Part shown: one piece after another, positions 1 through 11,470 of the stretch
Position numbering within the stretch: the stretch's first letter is position 1
Layout: every line of letters starts with the position of its first letter
Assembly: GCA_046563655.1 (NCBI GenBank)
Contig: CM102284.1
Location: forward strand, 248,001-312,000
DNA from: Yuukianura sp. NJ FZ-2021
Taxonomy: Eukaryota
DNA length: 64,000 bases
Direction of reading: 5' to 3'
The notes under the pieces: model-generated
What the model was told of the DNA's origin: nothing
The model's database searches: none
Seen by the model: only the letters and a program-made list of their open reading frames with translations
Program-made: the position numbers and the translations under genes

Positions 1-480
1 AGTTAAGCAGAAAAGTAGTTTAGTGTTGATGTTTTTGTTGTTTAGCTTTTTAACTGTCCGTGGGGACTGTACAATGCGGAAGTTTGTCCATAAAAATGAG
101 TGGATTGTGTGTGTAGTTGTTGAGCAGAAGAAGCTGTGTATGAAATTAATGAGTTGTAAGTCGACCTTACAAGCACATTTTGTACTTTTCAAAAAAGTGG
201 GAAATGCTGGGAAAAAGTGGGAAATAAAAAATTCCCCATTTATTTCCCAACTTTCTCCACTTTGTGCTGAAAATATGTCAGAGGCAAGGCTTTTCTTTTA
301 TGCCGCACACTTTCTGTCTTCCGATCCACTCGGAATGGGTTTTGGTGGGGCCATAAATGGGATGTTGGGGGTGGGGCAAGATCACTCTGAGGGAGGGGGG
401 TTGTCAATCAGTCAAAATATTCCCCACTGACCCGCCACTTTGGCGGGGCATTAGGACTTTATCCATAACAAGCCTCTTAC

Positions 481-599
481 TGACTGCGTAAACTGTTGTC
501 CTGGAGACCATTTGAGAGATGCGAATCTCCTGGAGCTTCTCCGGCAAGACAAGAACAGTTCCCGGGAGAGGCGAGATGCAATTTGGCTAAACTTATCAT
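481..599 (-). CDS. Possible first coding exon of an unidentified gene continuing beyond the left edge
   Basis: ATG at 599, open frame MISLAKLHLASPGNCSCLAGEAPGDSHLSNGLQDNSLRSQ, strong GTAAGA donor at 480; more GC-rich than flanks; no recognisable domain. Confidence 0.3.
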
Positions 600-3500
600 G
601 ATCCAATAACAAATGCTACGCAAATCCTTCAAAACACATTTCAAACGTCTCTTTTCCCGTCTTGTTTTGTCTCACTTTCTCCATTTTTGTTCACAGTTTG
701 ACGGTTTTTGACTTTTACACTTTCGCGCTTTCACTCGTCTGTTTCGCACGAGTTTCTTTGATCTCAAGAGCTTCGCGCCTTTGAATTTTTGATTTGTGTG
801 AGTCTTTCGACGGTTGTAAGTTGAATGTGTTTTAAGGTGACTCAAAGCGCGGGTGATTTTTGATGACGTAATTTTGGAGGGAAATTTTGAGTTTGGTTTT
901 TGAATTTCCTGAAGAAACCCACAAACGCCTCGAGTGTCGAACCTGAACTTTGTGGATTGGCACCACTTTTGAGAAGCTTCTGCGTTAGGCTAACATTAGG
1001 TTATGTTCTTTTCATTAGGTTTGTTAGGTTATGCTTTAGTGCTGCGAGTGGCAAAGAGGACACTTGAGTGCAATTTGTAAATGAGTTTGAGTAATTGATG
1101 GAAGTGGACATGTCTTCCTGTGGTTTCTTCCATTCACTTTCTCCTCCATTTGGAATTAATTGATCAAAGGACCTCATTTTCTCCATGGGAATTCTACACA
1201 AGCACTTCCTGCACAATTTATACTTTTGTGCACAACTTGTGCTCTCCTCATACACATTCAAACAAAGCCGCTTTCACTGAACGGAAGTGAAAGCAAATGG
1301 AATTCAAAATACAATCTACTCCATCCCTCCACCCGCGGGAGGCACATTTAAAATAAATTTTAATAGTTAATCACTTTTGCTAAAATAATAAACTGAAATC
1401 AAAATTTAATTTTAACATAAAATTTAAGCTTAGTTTTACACACTTCACCACAGCACGACCTGCAACATACCTTGTTTACATTTGGCTGTGAATTGTTCAA
1501 TTTTTTTACAATAAAGCTTTTAAAAATTGAACCAACTTTTTTTTTTTTAAATTTTTACATCTCTGAAAAAATTGTCTAAAACTACAAACATGCAGAAGTA
1601 GATCAGAAGGAAGTTGGTGACTAAAAGTAGAGATTGAAAAATAGGACAACCTCGTTTTCAGTTTTCGCTTTTTGCAGAAAAGAGCAAAAAAACCTGGACG
1701 ATTTGAAAAACAAGACAGAATTTGATTTGGAAATGGAAAACGAAATATTTGGCCAATTTGAATTTTTAAGGATTCACTTCAAACAAAAGGCTTTTCACTT
1801 TTGAGTTCTGCTTTTGACAGCTTCCTCTGACTTTCTCTCAGTCAGTGTTTTATTGCTCAAAAAACTTTTGTTTGAAACCTGGAAAAATTTTTCAAAAAAC
1901 GAAAAACAGAATCACTTTTTGTTTTTCAATTTATTCGCAAACCACATCAAACACAAACGTCAATCAACAAGTAACCAAAAACATGTTTATGCAACATTTT
2001 TGCGATCAAATTCTATAAATGGCAAGTAAATCTGTTTTTCAGAGTTTTCAAAAGGAATGTTTCAAATTTTTTTGAATTGCCCAATTTTTTTAAACCTCTT
2101 ATTAACCTGCCGAGGCTTCATTTATTCGGCAGCTCAAGATCTCAACTTTCTAAGCCAATTTTAAAAAAAAAGTAAAAAAAAAATCGCTCTTTGTTACAAA
2201 CTTTTTTTTTAACTTTCTTCGATGAAGTTTTACAAAAAAAAAGTTTACTAAAAGCAAGTTGCCAACTACAGCAAAACAAGGCTACAAAACTTTGGCTCGA
2301 ATTTCAAAAAAAAAAAAAGAATTCGGGTTAACAAATTGATCCATCAAAAAAACCACTTTTCCATGTCAAACCGTTCCTTTTTTCTTCCTCTTTTTTAAAA
2401 AACAAGCTTTGTAAATTTGAATTTTAAAATTTGAAATTCAGTATGTCACCAAGCACATCTTGTTCTCTGCGAGATAGAACATTTGGACTTGAATTTTATG
2501 ATTCTGTTCTACCAGAATAAAATGTTGGTTGTACAAGGAACCCACCAGACCCTCCCCCTCTTTTGCCCCACCAAAGCCCCACCCCCGCCCCCATTTCACA
2601 TTTGCCCCACCACTTTTGTGAGAGTCATATTGAGAGAAATCCATTAGACTGAAGACACGGAGGGAAATGGGGTCCTAATGTAATTTTGTGAGCAGAAACT
2701 GAACACTTTTGAAACGTCTTCAATGTAACTCTCCTCAAAGAAATATTCTTTTTCGCTGACATTTTCAAAGTAAAGAGAGAAAAAGAGAGAAATCTATGAA
2801 AAGAGAGCAGAAAGAGAAAGAAATGCCATTCCAGGACACTTTTGAACGGAAACTTGTGTACTGGTGCACCAATCTAGGCACAAAAGTGCCAAAAAACTAT
2901 AAACGTTAAAATTTTGTCCACTTTCGATGAGATTTCTATGCATGAGTACTTATGCATAGATGCGACAGTGCAGAGGTTTCCGAACAAGAGAGTCGTGATT
3001 TCGCTTAAATTTTAAAAGTAAGGAGATAAATGTATGAAAAGAGAGCAGAAATAGTAGGAAAAGTCCGTTATAGGACAATGTTGAACGGAAACTTGTGTAC
3101 CGATGCACGGGTTTAGCCACAGTCATGCACAAAAGCAAGGTAGTAGCAGTATTGTTTAGTTTTATGTGTTAGACTACCTGTGCATATTAGTGGAAGTGCG
3201 GGAGTTTCCGTACAAGAGTGTCGTGTTTCAGTGCAGTGCAGGGGGAAAGTGGAAGAAGAAATCAGGAGGAATTGCACTTTGGCATAATTTCTCCATTTCA
3301 AAAACCCAGCTAGATTTTGCTAGAAACTGCCTTCCTGGTGGGTCCATATCACTCCGCACGGTGCACTTGTCTAAAAAAACGTGTTTCTGGACACATAAAA
3401 ACCTTGTTCTCTGCACACGAAAGTTTTTTGCTTTCTACAAGTCAGAAAAAGCATCTTTTGAGTCTCACTTTGCCCCTACATACCATTCAGACCAACATCC

Positions 3501-4789
3501 ACTGCAGCATTTCACTGAAAACCAAAACGTCACGCAGACCTTTCCAACAGGTCACGCATTCATTTGTTGCTGCGGCTTCAAATAAACTCATTTTTTTAAT
3601 GTTGCTCAATTTCTGAAGTAATTGAAACAAAAATTGAACAAAAAGGGGTTATTTCGGTTCGTTTTTTGTTCAATTTTTTGAAAATTGGACAAAAGAAAGT
3701 TGGTTTGGGCGGGAATGAAAAATTTGAGCATGGAGATCGTTTGTTCCAGCCCACGGTTGAGTGGAGAACAATTGAGACACAGAGCCACAAAAACGATGCG
3801 TGCGTCAGACCAGGCTTTTGTGCGTTTTCACGGTTTTCAAACTACGCCGCCTTTTTGTTCCTTACAATAAAAAAAACATCCTTACTGAAAAAAAAATTGC
3901 AACATAAAATTGCAAAAGAGCAGTTGCTGTTTTCATTTGCAAAGTAAAAATTTCGGTGAAAGCTGTCCAATGACAGCCTCACAATTTCTGAAAATTGAAG
4001 ATGTTGAATTTCGTAATTCGAAATTCTGAAATTTTGAAATTCCGTCCAAAACGAAAAAGTTGTCGGTTGTAGTTTGAATGCTGAACGACTTGAAGATGTC
4101 AAAATGTAAAAAAGAAGTCAAAATTTTTGAAAAGTAGAGAAATAGTTTAGAATTTATCGACCTCCTTTGACATCTATGACCTCGGGAGACCCCTGCGGAG
4201 ACCACTCAACCTTATTCGGAATCCAACCTAACATGCACATAACCTAACCGTAGCCTAACCATAACCTAACGTGCAACCTACTTCAAAAAATCATTGCTCA
4301 GCGAGCGTGAAAGTGGAATTGAGTTGGACTTTTTACTTTTTGTGGTTCGGGCAACCCCGAAGTCAACAAAATTGAATTGACTTCCATTTGAAATCTGGGC
4401 GCCAAAATCCGATCAGAATCCTAATTTAAAATAGCACCTCACCCACCGCACAAACTAACTTTGTCTGTCCACTTCATCTGAAAAGTTAGGCTAAAACCTA
4501 ACTTTTTAGGTTGTGAGCCTAACCTGAAGGAGGAATGCCTTTACTTTTAAGTTGGAATAAGTTGGAATGAGGACAAAGTTGTGTGGATTATTTCCCATTC
4601 TGATCATGTCTCCAGAGGGATCCCTTTCTCCACTTTCTCCTTTGAGATGAGAATCCAATTGAATTTCTTAGTCAATCAATGTCCGCACAACTCAAAGGAA
4701 CTCATCTTTTTCAAAAATAGGAAAAATGTTAACCTAATCCAACACAACATAGCCTAACATAATCTCAAACATAGCCTCATCACTGCAAA

Positions 4790-4875
4790 AGTCTATTACA
4801 ATACTAAAGAAATGTGGGAGTTGTCTGTCCGTCTGTCTGCATGTATTTCTGTCCCTGTACCCGTTGCCATGAACA
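4790..4875 (+). mobile_element. Possible degenerate Helitron/HINE-like 5' fragment
   Basis: TCTATTACAATACTAAAG followed by a TGTCTGTCCGTCTGTCTG microsatellite, as in arthropod non-autonomous rolling-circle elements; similar GTCY tracts at about 36270-36540; no 3' hairpin confirmed. Confidence 0.25.
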
Positions 4876-5390
4876 CAAAGTTTGTGGAGAGGATTTTCTA
4901 ACTTTTTATACTTAATATAATTTTACATAATTTAAATAAATTAAAATATATTAAATTGAATAGTTTAAATAAAAATGTATGTATATATGTAACGTTATAT
5001 AATATTATAATTAAGTATATTAATACATTATAAGCAACAAGTGGGAGTTATACTAACACATTATAAGAAAATTAGAGTACAGTTGAAGTTTCCAGCATCT
5101 ACCCCGTCTAAAAGTTAGCGTACAGTGAATTTTTTACCATTTAAGTGCCTCCAAAAGTTTCAATAATTCAATGATTCAAGGTTACAAAAGTTGAAATTCT
5201 TCAAAGTTCACAACATTTTAGAACATAGTTTCTAAATAAAATTGTATAAGGTTATTATGGAATTGTGATTCGAACGATTGAACTGGCCGGGGCGACGTCC
5301 CAGTACGCAAGCATAGCATTCAAGACAAAAATATTTTAAAGTTTGTCAAATTTTTTTTTATTTGAGTGGTGATTTGCGATAGAGTTTTGG

Positions 5391-8300
5391 TTAGTTACGC
5401 CAAGGAGGTGGGTTTTTCTGGTAGTACTTGACGATTGCCTTGGCTTGCTCCTGCGCAGTGCGTTTCAATTGGTCAAACATGTGTGCAGGAGGTTGTTGAG
5501 GCTGAGCTGTGATTGGTCGAAGTGAAAACAAATTGCAAAATGTTGGTTCTTCGTCTGCTTCTCCCATTCCTGCACCTTCCGAATCCAAAAATTCTCCACT
5601 TTCCTCTCCTTCGTTTCCAACGTCGGCAAGTCGGTCCTGAAATTTTAAATTTTGAAATACACGAATTTCACAACACTTGAAAACTTTGAAAACGAAAGTT
5701 TTTCAGGTTTTATTTAATTCAGTATTTTACCAAACAAAAAATTTCAAATTGTGTTTCGAATTCGGATTTGCAGGAGCTGAGAGCCAGTTTTTGTTTGCTG
5801 AGTTCCAGTTTAAGCGATTTGAGTTTTTCTGCTGCTTGCTCTCGGTTGTCTTGCAGAACCTTCAGTCAGGATTACAATTTCAGAATTTGAAAAAAATTAG
5901 AAAAAAAAAGTTTCGATTTTTTAAAATTTCCGATGTTTTTTTTTACTCTGAGTTCAATTAGTGCGTCTCTTTCTGCTTTTGCAACGATAATGTTTCCAGC
6001 AGCATCATACTCATCTCCCTTCTCATGTCGAGCGTTTTGTATCGCTTCAAGTTCCGCTTGTTTCGCTGCTAACTGCTTGATCGCTTCAGTCACAACTTGC
6101 ACCGCTGCGGCATGTTCGTCCACTTTCTGGGTCAACAGCGCTTCCGTCAAGGTCACGGTCTCAGTCAATCGGATTCCAGCGTCTGTCATCCGGAACGCTT
6201 CAAGCGCTTCTTCCTTTGATGCAAATCCACTAGATAAACAAGTTTTCAGAAAAAATGTAATGATTTCTGTAATGGAGATTCGAAAGGTCAAAGGTCAAAG
6301 ATTGTCGAAAGGTCAGAGGTCAGATATTTTTTAGATAGATTTGTTACATGAGATCGGTAAACTGTTGTTCAATGGCTTCTTCTTCCTGGAAATGGTAAAT
6401 ATCACTGTTTTAAAATTTGCAATTTTGAAATTTTGAAGATTTGAAAATCTTTCGCGCCTCTTCAGCGTCTTCAGTCACTTCCAAGGCTGATTCCGTTTCA
6501 ACTGTTTCGACTGCGGCCAAGGGCTCCCCTTTCCCTTCGTGTTTCTTCTTTCCTTTTTTACGCTTCAAGGACGCGGATGACTTTTGGCTCCGCGCTTTTT
6601 TCGGAACATTCTTTTCACTTTGGACTTTTGAGACTCGAGGTTCTAAATTTTTTGAATCTTTAAAAACTTTATTTTTATTTTCTTGAATTTCAATTGCCTA
6701 CCTTTTGAAAGTGGTACAATGGACATTTTGCTTGATCGTACACTTCTTCTCGATTTCTTTTCTGCAACTGCAGTTTGAAACAAGGTGCGTAAATTTTTGA
6801 AAAGTTCGTTAGCTTCTGCTTTGGATCCGACTTCAAGTTGGTCGAGATTTCCAGCCAGAAATTCTTCTGCCTGATTTTTGAGCAGAGCGTGACGACTTTC
6901 TGATAATTCCGCGCCTTCGTCATCGAGCTGCGTTGATTTGGCCATTCGCTCAAGCTCTTCTCGCAGGGTGCGAATTTCTTGTCTTAGAGCACTCAGATTG
7001 TTGAGTTTATCTTCATCCGACGCGTTAGATTTTGAGTGGCGCGGAATAAGCCGAAGTCGATCGACGAATCGGAGACTTTCGGCTACCATCGGAAGGTATT
7101 CGGCTTCTGGACGAAGGTGCAAAAGAATTCGGACGTTGTCGGAAACAACTAAATCTCTCAGACAGTGACACAGTTTGTTCTGACGAAAATATTGCGACGG
7201 TGCCAAGTTGGGATTACGCATGATTCCTTGCATTCCAACGACTTGGAGCTAAACATTATATTTTATTAATTAACAGTTTTATAATATATTAATTTATTAT
7301 ATTCAATTACCTTGTGGTAGTAGCGTTGGAGTTTATGAAGTTCACTGACACGAATAAACATTTGCTCTAAAAAGAGCAAATCTCGTCGAATTGAAATTCC
7401 CTCGCTCAGTTTCCCCGATTTTTCAGAACAGCAGGCGGTGCGAAATTCTTGCGCGCCGTGATTTCCCACTGCAGTTTGACTTCGCGCTCTCGCAATTCGT
7501 GGACTTGTTGGTGTCATAAAGTAGCAACCATCACTATGCACCACATTTTCGTTTCGCGTTGTTGCCAAACTCCCTCGAGCACTTACTGGTTCCGCGTCTT
7601 TGGCGCGTTGTGGAATAGACGCGATTTTGGCAAAAGTAAGCTAAAATCATAATAAGCCTTGAAAATCGTATTTAAGTATTTAACTGTAAAATACACCACT
7701 TAAATCAAGAGTTTTCGCGCCTTACGCGCGACTTGAAGTTGGATCCACTTATGGGATCAGCTGGATCTTCATCTCCTACCAAAATCCTTTGACCTTCGAT
7801 GTCCACAAATACAATCGTGTGGGATTTGGCATGAGGACGACCTTGGTTAAAAAGTTTTTGACCTGACAGTGCTCTGATGAGCAGAGCATACGCATGCTCA
7901 GCACACTCTATCGGCTGATGAATCATTCCCTAAAATTCAAATTCAAAATTTTGGAAAAACTGAAATTTTGAACTTTTCTGTTGAAAAGTTATACCTTGGG
8001 TCCATTGTCTCCAACTGACTTGAGGTCATTTGGACTGAGAGAGATGAGGTCACGCACTTTGTCCCTCCAGACCTCTACGATTCCAACGCGTATCAAGTAA
8101 TTAATTTCGCTCCTTTTGGCATCAGCAACTTGAAACATTTTTTCAAAAGCTCGCGGGAGAATCCCTCGGTTCTGCATACAAATTAAACACAAAAACTAAA
8201 CTTTAGTCGCACTTGACCTTTGACCTTCTGCCAAACTGCAAAGGAAGGACATTTCCTGTTATAGAACCTTTCGATTCCATCATTTTCAAAATGGAACGTG

Positions 8301-8900
8301 GTAGCTCAATTGATAGAGCATCTCCCGGATTGAAGAGATGTGGGTTCGAGTCCCACTCAATTCAGTATTTTTTTGCACTGTCTATCGTTCTCAAGGTCAA
8401 CTTTTCTCTTTACCTCGTATTTGTGCATGTCTCCGTAGAAAGTGAATGTTTGGCCAGATCCCTCTGAGCCCAGTGACAAAAGGATGCCCGACTGTCCGTT
8501 CATGGCCTCCTCCACGACTCCTTCCACGACACTTCTGAAAACGTCTTCAGAAGAAGCCTGTTCCAGCACACCATCTGAAGTGAAGAAACGAGGAAGTTGA
8601 CCTGGAGAGGTCAACTGAACAGTCTGGAAATTAATTAAAGTTAGATTAATTGAAATAACTAAAATTAATTAAACTAAAATTGTGTTAATTTACCATTCCG
8701 TCTGGCAGGACTTGGAGTCCAGAAGTGTCGTAAGTGGTGGAAGGACGTAACTTGATGAAAATGCGAGGCCCAATGGGCGGCTCTGGTTCAAAAGTTGACG
8801 GTTCATTGACGACGTTTGACGCAAGACGACTCATGCGCAGACTCTGACGTTCTCCAACTTCGTTTTCGTCAAGCGTCATCACTTGATCTCCGTTCGGCAT
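5391..8900 (-). CDS. Kinesin-9 family (KIF9/KIF6-like) protein with degenerate motor motifs; multi-exon
   Basis: Exons approx 8900-8694, 8623-8414, 8171-7995, 7929-7726, 7640-7311, 7248-6702, 6642-6480, 6385-6348, 6229-5947, 5859-5731, 5636-5391 (GT-AG; the 6480/6385 junction is least certain). Kinesin landmarks: RIFIKLRP, RGILPRAF, IRRDLLFLEQ (cf. INKSLSFLEQ), YFRQNKLCHCLRD, ESLRF; coiled-coil tail with SKEEALEAFR. Confidence 0.82.
8294..8374 (+). pseudogene. tRNA-like Pol III element (tRNA pseudogene or SINE head), antisense within a kinesin intron
   Basis: A box TAGCTCAATTG, D stem GCTC/GAGC, stem ATCTC/GAGAT with 10-nt loop, T arm GTGGG-TTCGAGT-CCCAC (B box), T7 run at 8368-8374; weak acceptor stem, no variable region. 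Confidence 0.7.
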
Positions 8901-9141
8901 TTTGTTTCTTGTCTATTAAAAATTCAGATCAACTCCTAACGTATTTTCTGAAAGATTCACTAAATTTTTCTAAAGTATCGGGAAAAAAAATTTGTTTATT
9001 GCTTGTATCAATTTTCAACGAAATTTCCTGTGTTTACAAGGTAACCATGGAAACGAACAACAAATTACAAATTTTTATTTCGTCATAATTTTGGGAATTC
9101 CGGATCACTTTTTTTAATGGCATTCAAAATTACAGAAAATT

Positions 9142-9621
9142 TCAAAATTCATGTTTAGTATTGCAAATATGAGTAGTGTAATGATTAGCATGATTAGCAG
9201 TGATTAGCAATGTAATAATTAGCATTATTAGCAACGTAATGATTGACATGATGATGTTATTGGGTGGAGACTGTTTAGTAGCAACGGATGAGCCAGTTGG
9301 AACTTGTGCCGCCATTTTTTGAATTTCAATTTCCGGGCAATTGGTGAGCATCCTTAGAGAAGATGCCCGATTGCAGCATTTCTTTTGAATTCGGTGAGCG
9401 GCGTCAAGGAAACGGAGTTCCTCTTGAACTGAAAAAGTGAACAGAGGGGGTCCCGGGTTTTTGCGAATCAGTTCCTCCTGCCTCATGATCCCCTTCACAG
9501 CATCTTTCTGCAAACACAAGTCTTTGGCGTAGTGGACAACTCGATCCTGAGCAGTTTGGTCACGCGAAGACCCAATTTTTAAAATCACAAAAACAACAGC
9601 ACCCATCAAAATTCTCTTCAT
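9142..9621 (-). CDS. Single-exon 159-aa protein: signal peptide, 4-Cys ectodomain (insulin-like spacing), hydrophobic C-terminal segment
   Basis: ATG at 9621: MKRILMGAVVFVILKIGSS; LC...CCNRASSLRMLTNC; S/T/P linker; IIMSIITLLIMLIITLLITA. Confidence 0.6.
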   Translation of the reverse strand: MKRILMGAVVFVILKIGSSRDQTAQDRVVHYAKDLCLQKDAVKGIMRQEELIRKNPGPPLFTFSVQEELRFLDAAHRIQKKCCNRASSLRMLTNCPEIEIQKMAAQVPTGSSVATKQSPPNNIIMSIITLLIMLIITLLITANHANHYTTHICNTKHEF

Positions 9622-11039
9622 TTTTTTTCCAAATTTCCGCCAACTCTGCGTACTAATTAAGAATTCACCCAAATACCAAAAATTGAAAACCAGAAATGAG
9701 TGAAGCTGCAGTAAACAAAAAAGTTAAAAAAACACACCTGATTGTCATAAATACACATTTGGAGAAACTCCTTTTTCAAAATAATCATCAGCAGGGAAAT
9801 TCTTGGAATAATTTACATATTTTTTTCGTGACTGAAGGAAAAAGATGATGAGAAATGAAATCATTTTCTCCTAGTTTCTCTTTTTTGCAGATTTGCAGAA
9901 AATGTGATTTGGGAAATGAAATTTTTTGGAAATGATTTTTTTTTGAAAATGTACTTTTTTGAGTGAATGAAATGTGTGAATATTTGGTTAGGTGTGAAGA
10001 GAGTATCGGAGCGTGTAATTAAGGTAAATCTCCTTTAAATTAAGCCTAAATCCCTCATAGTCCTTGCGTCATAAAGAAATCTTATCAATTCTCCGTCACA
10101 CAGTCAGACTCTGCCAAATTCAAATCCGCAAGACAAAGTACCGTAAATCTCCAAACAGTGACCCCGAGAACCCAGAACTGTTTTCTATCCATTCCAGGAG
10201 AATGGAACTAATAGTGAAATTGGATACTACGTTATAGGAGGCGCTTATTTGAAAATAGCGTACTATTTGGACATTTGCGGTATTCCGAGGAGAAATGCTA
10301 ACGAGGTTGGTGAGTGAGAGTTGGTGGGTTTTTTGAATGAAATTGTTGCATGATTTCCATATGAAAGGGAAGAAATGGGACGAGATGAGACTTCTAATAA
10401 GCTCCGACTTTCATCTTCTCCCAAAATCCAAATCCGCTCTCTTTTCCCGCCAAAAAAACAAGCCACAAATTTCATTGGAATTTTCCAAAATAGAACATGA
10501 AATGAGGTGTCCATCTTATGTTGGCGAAGAATTTCAAACTGAGATCAGGGAGTGGCAGAATGACGATTCCTTAAAAATCGTGATTTTTTATGATGAATTT
10601 TGTGGAATTTTGGTTAGAGTGAAATGGGATTTGAAGTGACCTGAGAATCCTACTTTGTGCAGAGGAAGGAGCTTTCTCTTTGAAGTTTTCTCTTTTTTGA
10701 AAGAACTTTTTTCGTTTTGTTGGTTTTGTGTCGGTCGAGTGAGCAGAGAGGTCATGAACCACCGCTGGAAGACGCAGGGACGAACAAATCGCTTCTTTTT
10801 TCCGTTTGGACATTCACTGGATTTGAGCTTAAAATTTAGCATTCGCTCTGCTCTGCTGCTCAACTTGAATGGCATGAATAAGAGAAACAAACTTTACATT
10901 TCTCCAACTACGGCCCACATTTCCTACAACACACAGCATAATCATTTCCGGTCACTCTCCTCCCGTCTAAAGGTCAATTCATACCATAGGCATTCGTATG
11001 CATGAGAATTACATCCATACATGAGTGCATTTATACATT

Positions 11040-11470
11040 TGAAGTCAAAATACACTTACACTGGGTATAGTGCGTGTATTTGAAACGTATACGTGTAAAG
11101 ATACACGCGTCTTTTGATGCGTATACGTGTAAAGGTAAATGTGAAACTGACGAGTGTACGTGTGTATGAAAAGTACATGCGTGTTTGAACAGAGTTTCTT
11201 TGAAAACTACACGCATGTACGAAAAGTGTGTGTTTAAAAACTATACGCGTGTATGAAAAGCGTGTTTGAAAACTTAACATTTGTATAAAAATTGTATTTT
11301 TGAAAGGTATATTGGATTAGAAAAGTACACGATTGTTTGAAACGTACGACACGTAAAAACTATACACGTGTTCTTGGTGAGTTGTGTTACACGTGAAAAA
11401 TACACGTATTTTCGTACACTAAGATACGAAAAATATACGTATGTTTGAAAAGTACAGTGACACGTGAAAA
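11040..11470. repeat. Degenerate minisatellite of TACACGTGT/GAAAAG-type units
   Basis: Many imperfect copies of TAYRCGYGT..GAAA at roughly 20-bp spacing. Confidence 0.6.

Noticed and set aside
4220-4280. CCTAA-rich tracts as telomeric TTAGG arrays
   Set aside because: Short, interrupted AACCT/CCTAA motifs, more like repeat interiors than true (TTAGG)n arrays
5933-7168. Plus-strand ORFs over the kinesin exons (similar antisense ORFs over armi, ttk, GTSF1, PIX)
   Set aside because: Shadow ORFs of genuine coding sequence on the opposite strand
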